A stretch of DNA of 64,000 nt from Selaginella moellendorffii (taxonomy: Eukaryota; Plantae; Lycopodiophyta). A program made the translations under genes and the position numbers. Below the pieces are notes generated by a model, which saw only the letters and a program-made list of their open reading frames with translations, made no database searches and was not told the DNA's origin. This document shows, one piece after another, positions 36,798 through 47,149 of the stretch. The stretch's first letter is position 1, and every line of letters starts with the position of its first letter. Location: positions 2,197,710-2,261,709 of the forward strand of contig NW_003314281.1 of the NCBI RefSeq assembly GCF_000143415.4, in the 5' to 3' direction.

Positions 36798-39287
36798 TCG
36801 ACGTATAGAGTGTTGGCTGGTTTCTTCGACATCTACAACCAAATTACAAATAAGCAAGATCATTGGAAATCAAGTTCTTACTCTCTTGAACATCCGCACT
36901 ATGGAGTTACTTTCGTACATTTTGAGCAATTGGGGCTAGATAAGCAGCGGCAGTAGGATCTGGGGAATGAGCAACTGCTGTAGGATGAGATGGGGCAGGA
37001 GAGTTTTCAGCCGGGTTTTCCACTTGTTCGTCTTCGGTCTGCTCAATATGAATATCGTCCTTGTCCTAAAGCATCTCCACTCCCTCCAAAAGTGCCTCTA
37101 CAATAAAGTAGAAACATAAGTTACTACTAAGAAATTTTACTCATCAAACCTAAATGACACTCAAGGTACAAATCAAGCTCAAAAGGTGACGATGGCATTT
37201 GTCTCCACAACTCCAAGTGCCATGGACAAAGTTCTCGCTCCCACGCAGTGGGACAATGGAACTCTGGCTCATACATGCCAAGTTTCTTCCCACTAGTTAA
37301 GAGCTTGAGAAAAACACTTGTGGTGTACACTGAAGCACCTGGGCAATGATTTAAATACCTAAAAAAGAGCCATGATTAAATAAACAAGTCAATTACTTGC
37401 AATATACCTCTATGCTATGCGGCACGAGAAAAATGGTTGGCACGGCTGGTTCTTGAAATCCATAGAGCTTGAGCTGCCATCAGGAAGCCATGCATCCCCA
37501 AGCTCTTGAAGGGAGTCTGGAAGTGTTATGCCGGTGCGGGCACTAGTAAGGAACTTCGTATCCCATACTTGAAGTAGCTCCTCAGCAGCCACAATACTCT
37601 AAGTGATATAGAGTTTCTCCTTCATCACATTCTCAAGTTTGCTCTCCAACCTCTTATCATTGTTACGATGCCCAGTGTTAAAGAGCTCCAAGCAAGAGGT
37701 TTGTTCATTGAAGGAGAGTTTGCTTTTTGCGATGTTATAGATCAATTCTTCAGATGCTTTACCATTTCCTGCAAGGACAAGGATTTCAAAGTGGAATGAG
37801 AAAGATAAAAAGGACTAACTTACTGCCACAAGAGCATATCTCTGCAATGCAATCCAACCAATCTTTATCGCAGCAAATGTCTGCAATCACAAGTAGCTTT
37901 TTCACCTTTGATTTCTTCGAGTTCAAAATGCACTGCTCAATTTGTTGCAGTTCAAGGTTCTTTTGCACCTCATCTATCACTTGCGTAATCTTCAAATATG
38001 AGTTTTGCTTCACCTTGACAATTTGCTAAAAGGAAAATTTGTGAGTAGAAAACACAAGTTCATGCAAGAAAAAGATACCTTTGCCCAGACCGCAACCAAA
38101 AAATCCATAGGCACCTGATACCAAGTAAGCAACTCTTGGCCTTTATGTGCTACAAGCTTTGCTTGAACTGCTTTCATAACCTCATGATTATATAGCATCT
38201 GGATTTCCTCAAGAGAAAGCATGCCAACATATTGAAGGTGCTCGATATCATGGACCAAGGTATGTGCTTGGAAAGAAAATTGATTAAGCCTATAACATAG
38301 TTGGTGAGAACAAAGGTTACTAGTAAAAGATTCTTACATGTTGATCTTGTGACATCCCAAGTTGAGCCTCACAGCTTGGTTTCGATCCTATGGCTCCATA
38401 AGTGTCACTGGAACACAAATATATCACTCATCATCATCCTAGAACTTCTCTTGGATACACCTCCAAAACGCAAGCCACCGGTGATTTCCATCAATAATGA
38501 AGAACATCTGGCCTACAAAGGCTTGTGTCTCCTTGTGGGACACCATCAAAGTATCAAACTCTTGAGATTTCCTCTGCCATATTTGATCCCAAGTCTGCTT
38601 GATCTCGTGAGTAACCATGTCTATGTGATTTGTTCCGGGAAATGATGACAACACAATAAATGATCCAGCAATGTGCCTGAATCCAACCTCTATGAAAGAG
38701 GTATAAATAGCCATGTTGAGGTCATAGGCTGAGCGCACCCAGTGACTTTGTTTAAAATGACAAAGTGGAATCTCAAGATGTTGGGATCCTTTCCAAGCCA
38801 TTTCACCTAACACCCTGCTAATAATTCGTTCTTGAGCTTGGACAATAGTCTCGCGTACTCACTCATTCAAGATTGTGTCGGCCTCTAGCATAGTTACCAC
38901 CTCATTTCTGTGACCTTCAGGAGTAGCAGCATGTCTGCCATTTCCACCATCAAGATCTGCCCCACCACGTATAGCACCAAGTGCCGCATTTCTGCCACTA
39001 AATTCCGCACCACCACCTATGGCACTACCACCAGCAGCTTCTCCTGTGCTATAGCTAGCTTCTGCATTTCCACACTCTCTAGAACCATTTGGCTCCTACA
39101 TGCTAACACCTGGATCAAGATCAACCATTACTTGGATCTGAACACCACTGCTCCCACCATGGTCTTCCTCCGAAATAGTGCTTTGAACTTGTGAGGTGTC
39201 CCTAGTGAATCTAGCACAATGATCTAGTCGCTTTTGTGGAGAACAGGTCCATTAAGGTTGACCGGCACACTTCTTTTGTTGTGGCAT
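36797..39287 (-). pseudogene. Second ParB/sulfiredoxin-like pseudogene copy (inverted)
   Basis: ORF 38439..38813 contains FFIIDGNHRWLAFW; 36797-39936 is the inverted homolog of ~19058-22118. Confidence 0.65.
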
Positions 39288-39344
39288 GATTTATATATCT
39301 GCATGAAATGACAAATAAACTTGAGTAAACATTAAAAAAACCGC

Positions 39345-39812
39345 AAAGCAGTTCCCTTGGCACTAGGAAGATCAGTTCGTCGCTGAACCAATCTTCTCAG
39401 CGCCAAGGGAACAAAAAAAAGAAGAAAAGAAGCAGTTCCCTTGGTGCTGGGAAGATCAGTTTGTCGCCGAACTGATCTTCTCAGTGCAAAGGGAACCAAA
39501 AAAAAAAGAAAAGAAGCAATTCCCTTGCTGCTGGGAAGATTGGTTCGTTGCCAAACCAATCTTCTCAGCACCAAGGGAACAAAAAGAAGAAGAAAAGAAG
39601 AAGTTCCCTTGGTGCTGGGAAGATTGGTTTGTCGCTGAACCAATCTTCTCAGCGCCAGTGGAACGACAAGAGACAAAAAAAAACCCAAAATTTAATGTGC
39701 TAGGAAGATCGGTTTGTCACCGAACCGATCTTCTCAATGCTAATGGAACGATAAGAAAAAAAAAACCCAGAATCTAATGTGCTGGGAAGATTGGTTCGCT
39801 GCCAAACTGATC
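39345..39812. repeat. Tandem array of ~6 doubly palindromic 84-bp units
   Basis: GGAAGAT core at 39366, 39450, 39534, 39618, 39703, 39785; second inverted pair CCAAGGGAAC...GTTCCCTTGG around an A-rich loop. Confidence 0.88.
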
Positions 39813-40890
39813 ATTCTAGCGTGAAATAGCTATGAGGCACAAGTTACTTGCGAGCTAGGAGCAAAAGATAGGGAGATGGAAAAGCAGCAGAGAGAGGCAT
39901 ATCTTGATTGAGGAGTGTCTTTCTAGTGTCTTGAAGTTTTAATGATAGTTTTAATGTTACTATAATCTATTATAATGTCTGATGCATGTTTGCACATAGA
40001 TCCAAAGAAGGATTTTCAACACGTGAAGTTTGATAATTAATAATGATATCAGTAATGACATTTGAGTATAATGTGGCAATCCAAGAGGTCTGAACTAACT
40101 AATAGCACATGTGATGTGTCAAGTTTGTTAAATCTTAAGTGCTAGGTGATGATAAATTTTATCAAATCTTAAGTGCTAAGTAATGATAATTCTTCAATGA
40201 AAGATTCAATTCTTACTATGACTTGAGTTTTATCCATAATTGTGAATACTACTCAATGATATTTAATGCATTTAGGATCTAATACAAAAAAAAATAAATT
40301 TCTGGATGAAAATTCATTCATTCATGTATTAGTATAGTACAATATATTTCAATATGCCTTATTTATAATCTTTAAAGTTCTTGTAATGATTTCAAAATAT
40401 GTACAAAATATTGATGAAAATGCATCCTTTCTAGATAATTTGGAAAAAATAATATCATATCTCTAATAACAGAAATGTTGATAGGTGCTAGTTATATCAT
40501 CATTAAAATATACAAAATAAAGAACCATAATTCACATATAATAATAATTATAAGATAAAATAAGATCAAAGATATTATGATAGCTGAGATTTAGGTTATT
40601 TGGAATGAACAGCCAGGATGAGAAATTGGTTAGGGTTAGGGCAGCCATCAGCCTTGAGGCCCAGGTTTTTTTAAGGCTCCCTCCCAGAGCGTGAGAGAGA
40701 TCCAGAGATAGCGAGAGAGTGTGAGAGATGGAGCATGTGAGATTGCGAGAGATCGGGCACGTAAGAGTGCAAAAGATTGAGCATGCTAGAGTGTGAGAGA
40801 TTGAGAGATTGAGATCTCCAGTGCTGGTATCTTCCAAAACTTGAGAGACAGCCTCGTCCTCCTGGTGCCAAGGCCAAGGGCGCGCCGAGG

Positions 40891-41880
40891 ATGTTCCGGG
40901 TAAGCTTTTGTTCTCTCTTTTCCTTTGAAGTTTGTTTGTTTACTCGTTTCTTCTTTTCAGCTCTCCATCGCGCCCCGCCCTGGCAATCCAGCCATGGAGC
41001 TCTCTTCCATCCTTGAGCAATCTAGCAGCCGCGAATTTCTTGGGGAGCGATGCTGCGAGCTTGCGATCGGCCTCACTGGATGTGATCTCGATGCGTTTGA
41101 GCACCGGGATCATGAAAAGAGGGCCATACATCCAAGGGCCTTGTACTTCATATTCTCAAGAACTTCCGAAGAAAAAGGCTACTTTGGTTTCAATTGAGGA
41201 GACAGTGATGACAGGGGCTTCAAAAGAACCAGCTCAACAATACGCTGACCAGATGCTGCACTACGAGCTGGAAAATGACGTCGGAAAAGATGCTGTAGAA
41301 GTTAGAACCGAGTCTGCTTGTAAGGAATAGTACAGTGGCGATGACAGGAGTACTCCTCAAGTGCTGAATAGTCAAGTGGACGATTGGACCAAAACAACTA
41401 CAATCGTCGGTGAGAAGGAAGTTAACTCTTGAAACATTTAATCCAGGTGACCAGAACATTCGGGAGCCTGTTTCCTAAAGAAGAAAGAAGTCACGAAGGT
41501 TTGCCGCTTTAACATGCTTGCTTTCTTTCTCACTCGCATTACCGGAGGAACTTTTAGACGACTATAAACAAGGTTAAAATTGACTGGAGTGCTCTATGGA
41601 GTACGAAGTCAAGGCAAGTTCTGTTTGTAAGCCAGCATTTCTTCTATTTGGTCTTCTAAATTCTTCTATGCTTGCTGATTGCAGATAGTTGAAATGAAAA
41701 TGATGATGCTAAACATGAAATCTCAGTATCGGCAGCAGATGACAACTACCGGAAAAGGCCATATCAATCAATGTGAAACTTCTACAGCTGCCAATGATGA
41801 AAGAGCTTTCCTTGGTTACAAGCAACCAAGCGAAACAAAACGTTGATTTTCTGAAGAAGCAGGATAAAGAAAACTTGAGT
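40891..41880 (+). pseudogene. Unidentified spliced gene remnant
   Basis: ATG TTC CGG|GTAAGC donor, pyrimidine tract and CAG at 40960; overlapping broken ORFs 40925..41197 and 40932..41330; further GT-AG candidates. No recognisable domain. Confidence 0.35.
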
Positions 41881-41999
41881 AGGGAGCTCTTTTCTATAAT
41901 ATCTTTTTCTTATATTATATTGTTTAAAATAAAATTTTGGATATGTGAATATCGAGAGGGGAAGTTGCAATAAAAAATTGACTCCATCCTTCAATTGAA

Positions 42000-42760
42000 A
42001 TAAACTTGTCCATACAAGTTTATCCACGGAAGTTTGTTTTTAAACTAAGTTGTGAATGAACAAGAGTGCCCCTTTATCTTGAAAATATCTACCATGGGCC
42101 TTGCCTTTAGTATAAATCTTGTCTCCCGAATGGACATGTTTGGGTCCAGTGACCTTGCAAATGCATGGGTACATTTTGACCATATGGAGTACGTATTAGG
42201 TTGGACAACTATGGGAGCTCATGTGTATGATCTAAAGTAATTTTTATTCTCATTATATTGAAATTGTTGTAATATTTGTGTTTTCATATGCTATATTGTA
42301 ACTTGACAATTGTGACAGTAGAGTTTAAAGTACAAGACCAAACAACCCAAGAAATATTTTGGAAGTCCCTTTCGGATATTGTCCTAAAGCAGACTGATAA
42401 GCTTACAAACTTTCGCAGTTTCATGATAGATGGGGCTAGTGTAAATTGGAATGGTGTTCGAGCAATTTTTGGGAATGGTCAATTATTGGAAGGTTATGAG
42501 AGTTCCATTGGGCTCAAATCCTAAACTAACACTGCCACTTTATCTAGCCAAAGTTTCAATTAATGTTTAAGGAGTTGTGTAAACAGTGATAGGTTGCACC
42601 TTCTAAAGAAGAGCATAAGGTAAAAGCAAATAAGATTTGAATGTGATGGCGTAAAAATGGCCATACGGATATAAGTTGTTTATTACAACTTGAGTCATGG
42701 TTAGGGTGGTGGGAAGTTAAGATGTTCCAGTAAGGACATCACTCTTTTTAAGTTGGTTTC
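42000..42760 (+). pseudogene. MULE-like DDE transposase core fragment
   Basis: DLANAWVHFDHMEYVLGWTTMGAHVYD and FRSFMIDGASVNWNGVRAIFG fit the MULE core pattern; the inverted paralog reads HERTCEFY where CxxH is expected. Stops present. Confidence 0.65.
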
Positions 42761-43580
42761 TATTTTTTCTTCTCATTTTATTGCCTTTTAATATTGCCTT
42801 TTCCATTAGTGGAGTACACTCTCTGAGCTTCTATTGGTGATATGAAGATTATTCGCTTAAAGTGTTGTTTTCCTTTTGCTGGTGAAGATGTTGGTAATAA
42901 GAATACTTTTTCTGCAAACATCTTATTTTTTGTTTTAACAAATATCCCTATTATGGCATGTAATAAATATTTAAATTGTTAGAACAAGAAGTGCTCTTTA
43001 GAACATTTTTATCTATATAATATGTATGGAGGTATGAAATTATTAAATTCATAACCTTATTTAAAGTTTTTAATGTTTGTATTAAACTACAATTGAAATT
43101 TGAGCTCAACTTATGAGCTCAACTCTTCAACTTGTGAGTTCAAATATAGTCCACACTCTATAAAATCTATGACATGGATATAAACATGGTTGGAACTTAG
43201 TGTGTTTTATGATTTAGATAAGTTTAAGGTGCAAATGGTGCAAAGCTATTTTGAGTACACTTTTGGAATATTTACAAAGTCTAATAAATGGTCAGCTCTT
43301 GTTTTGGGTTTAATTTTGTGTTTATCATCAACTTTTAGAATGCTATTATGGTGATCCCATCCAGTATTGTGGAGGATTCAAGGACTAAAATGAAATCGAG
43401 GAAGTTATGTCTAAAGCTTAGACATGCTAATGTTTTTATCACTATCATCTCCAACTGAGGTTGCTGATTATCAACTCACTTGGCAAGAATAGCAAAATCA
43501 ACACATTTTAACACTTTGATTTATAAGAACTACTGCCCTTAAAGAATATACTCAGACAGCGGCGGCTAGGGCTTAAGCCC

Positions 43581-46500
43581 ATGGAGGTGGATGCGAGCAC
43601 TGTGGAGGAGTTTGTAGAGTTCATCGAAGACATAGATGGGGCAGAGGGCTGCGAATTTTACCTTGATGATGGTAGAGTGGCGGTACATGATGTTCTCCAG
43701 GAGTTCTCGGCTGTCTTTATCAGTGTGAAGCGCTATGAGCAAGGCAGGGTCAGGTGGAGACGTCTACAGGCAGGGGAAGACGGCCTGAGCAGGTCTACAT
43801 ATGTGCCTGGATCTTCTCATACTATTCGGGCAACGAAGGCTCCTACACGTAAGTAGCGTTGCCTGGATCTGCCGGCCTGGTGTGGTTTTCGCAACTTTGT
43901 GGTCTTTGGATCTGTGTTCTTTCTGGGCTGTGCGTTATTTAGGAGTGCTTCTCGTTTCGCCCTTTTTTTGCCTCGTCGCGCCTCTTGCCCCCTGGCTATG
44001 CCGAGTACTGACAAGTTTATATTTCTGTTTCAGCGACCCTGCCGATAACCCTTCAAGCTGCGCCAGGTAAGCAATTGCTGAGCAAAACCACTTCTTGGCT
44101 GGAACTTGGCGTTTACTTGTCGTGGTGCTAGTGCCTGGTCTCTGTGTGTTTGTGAAGCCCTTCGGCTGTTGCCTTTGTTGGTGCGGTGTGTTTTTTTTGC
44201 TGTGTAGCTTGTAGAACGTGTTGCCTGGATTTTTCTGCATCTGCGGCTCTTCGTACGTACGGGGTTATGCTTTGGTGTTTAATGTGTTGGTGTACTGTGG
44301 CTATTTCTACTACTGACACATTTGTGTTGTTGTAGTGTCGAGGTTGCTGGATGTATACACAAAACAACTGGAGGATGCAAGGTTTCTTCGCGGGATGCCG
44401 GCGAGGAGGGTGCCAGGCTGCAAATTGCCTCTTGTGGACAACGGTGCGCAGCCGTATTTACATGCGGACTTGGGAGATTATTTTACTTTGGTCGGAAGGG
44501 ACGAGACGATTCAGCATCTTATGGCAGCCGCTGCACGGGTCTTTGCAACTTTTATGAACACGACGGCCAGTGCCTCGGATATTGAACGAAAAGAGTTCAT
44601 GTTGATGGTCATCGGATTTCCTGGCGCAGGTAAAACAACTGTCGGGTCATGCCTTTCAGCTCTCCTCAGAGAAGCGTGGTTGAGGGGCACAGAAACAGGG
44701 GCTATAGATGCCATTCTCGAGGACCAGCTTGGTTCTGGTAGGCTTGTCACTCAGTTCAAGGAAATGGTGAATAATGTGTTGGAGACCGGGAAACACCTTC
44801 GAATGTATCATTCCCTTGAGACGACAAGGACTGGGGGTGCACTTCTGCTTGAGAACGGCCTGGAAGGCGCACAGGTTTTGGCCCTTCGGTCCTTGCATGC
44901 AGCACTTTGTCCAATGAATACGACTGCATATGGTGATTTTCTCAAGGAGTTGGATGGCATATTTCCGGGCCTGAGGAATGTGCTGGCTTTCGGAGATGTG
45001 GTCGACTTCATTCGAACTGGTCTTAAGGTTCCTGCCGACAAGCGAATTTTCCTATCTTGGTTTTTTGATGAAGTCAATAAGGCTCGACCTCAGCGAGGTC
45101 GCCCAGCTGCATCGTCCTGGATTCATGAAGCTTTCTCGGCCTACGTTCAACATATCAAAGGTAACCGAGGTGGCTTGACGTTTCCTGTACTTACAGCAGC
45201 AACGACCCGATTTTCTGGGGCCACAATGCGTTACACGTCTACGGAGAATGCTACGAGTATTTTTATCCCTATCAGGCCTTTGAAAGAGGAGGAAGTGGAA
45301 CATATAACGAAAATTTTCTTTTCAAGACTAGGAGATACTCTCGACATGGAGAAACCATTTGAGTTGAAGGACGGACTAAGGAAGCTGATAAAGTTAGCAG
45401 GAGGTAATCCTAGGATGCTTGATCACCTGTTGAGAGGGTTGATGCCCGAGCACCCTCATCTCGAAGCTTTGAAGTTCTACGAGAAGGTTTGTTCGGCTCT
45501 TTTTTGTCTTTTTTCTTGATGTGATGAGAAGTTTTTTTATGTTTGTTACAGGTGGATCAAGATCTCACCCAAGCCGATCTGTGCAAAACAATAACGAATG
45601 CGTGGAAACGTATTAAGGGCAGTTATTATCTTCACTACCTTCATGACAGCAACTATTTGTTAGTGCTACGAGCCCTTTATGTTGCGCTGCTGGGGACCCT
45701 TATCAATCGGGACGACCTAGTATGGCCAGGCATTTACAGTGATAAGTGGGGATTTTTAGAGTCTTGCGGTTTAGTTGGACTCTTACGCAACGAGGTACTT
45801 TTCTGGTATTTCAGAAGTTTATGTGAGTGCTTATGTGGGGTTAATTTACAGGAGGAGCCGCCTCCCCATAAGCAGGTAAAATTATCGAAACAGGAAGACA
45901 CAAAGAATGGAATGCGCGCTTTTTCCATCATGTTCTCTCCACTCCTTATATACCATCTTGTCGAGAACCTACATGTGGCGGAGCTGCGACATTTATGGCC
46001 TCCTATACTGGATTCTAATCCCAAGGTTAAGGAGGTATCAGACCTCATGTGCATTGTCTTCATGATATACATGGGTAAGCTTTTTCATGATCGCGAGAAG
46101 GACACGGTGTTCGAGTTCACACTCAAAGACATTCTCCCCTCAAATTTCCGCGTTCCTGCACGTATGCAAGCTTTGAAGTTCCGGTTGCCAGCTGGTGCAA
46201 GGTTTGGACCTCCGAAACGTCAGCCTCATCAGATTCATGAAGCAGAGGCATTTCAAGCCTTTTTAAATGACAACAAGAAGCAATTCTATTGGGTTGGTAT
46301 TGGCAACCATGGACCTGATAGCTTCATCCATCTAAAGCTAGTGGTTGTGGAGGATACGTTGGATGATTTTTTTATATTTCTTGAGAGTAAGCACAGGGAA
46401 TGTTATGAAGGCCAACAAGCAAGATGGGAACAAGATTTTCTGAAGAAAACATGGAGGATAGAGCAATGGATAGAAGGTATTTAATTTTATTTGTGGGTGG

Positions 46501-47031
46501 TTAAATGTGTGTCTTTTCAGATGGGGAGTACGCTGTCATTTTTATGACAGACCAAGCATTGCATAACGTGATTCGGAAAGTAAAAAAGCAGGATAAGATG
46601 GTTGTTCCGAAGGTGGATACATGCTATTACGGGTATCCGCAGCAGAGTCCATTTGGTACGTTTTTTTATGCTTTTCTTTTTGTTAGAATTGGTTTTTATG
46701 TTTTTATGTTGTATGTGTAGGTTTATTTAGTGCCGTGAGGCACACATCAATGCTAGCAGCTGCAAGTTGGAGTTGGAGAGGAAAACAAACGAGAGAACCT
46801 TTTGATCCAACCTACGAACCTAGTGGTAATCCACGGGGTGCTGAGCGAAGAACACCACCAAGAACACGCTCTAAAACCCGAGGACAGGTTGGAAGAACAC
46901 GCTCTAAAACCCCAGGACAGGTTGGAAGAACACGCTCTAAAACCCGAGGACAGGTTGGAAGAACACGCTCTAAAACCCAAGGACAGGTTGGAAGAACACG
47001 CTCTAAAGGTGCCACGAAGCGAAAAAGGTAA
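43581..47031 (+). CDS. Crinkler/RHS(CR)-type NTPase + PD-(D/E)xK nuclease protein, 921 aa, 7 exons: 43581-43848, 44034-44066, 44336-45486, 45552-45794, 45852-46476, 46521-46655, 46721-47031
   Basis: All six introns are GT-AG and phase-compatible (2766 nt, no internal stop). Motifs: LVGRDE, Walker A GFPGAGKT (44614-44637), Walker B WFFDE, GGNPR, GPDSF...FLESK, then IFMTD and YYG. Confidence 0.85.
46861..47007 (+). repeat. 33-bp coding tandem repeat (~4.5 copies, RTRSKTxGQVG)
   Basis: AGAACACGCTCTAAA recurs at 46861, 46894, 46927, 46960, 46993. Confidence 0.95.
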
Positions 47032-47149
47032 CCAGGAGGTTTGACAAGCACCATCAATGGTTTGCACAAAGTATTAATGTGTGCAATTGTCCTGTATAGA
47101 AAGAGATATGTATCTTAACCTTAATGGGCGTGAATATCTTTTACCAATA

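Noticed and set aside
34409-43541. Possible TIR pair TAGGGCTGGGTAGTTTTT (34409) and AAGAACTACTGCCCTTA (~43525-43541)
   Set aside because: Short gapped match and no target-site duplication. 34409 may still be a real element end, but its partner cannot be supported.
44335-45519. NB-ARC/NLR resistance gene
   Set aside because: No TIR/CC, MHD or LRR features; the NTPase is followed by a nuclease-like domain instead.
44335-46484. ORFs 44335..45519 and 45543..46484 as a two-gene prokaryote-style operon
   Set aside because: They begin and end at canonical splice sites and join in frame as exons of one gene.
46753-47069. Alternative-frame and antisense ORFs over the 33-bp repeat
   Set aside because: Open only because the 3n repeat lacks stops; splice phase selects the RTRSKT frame.
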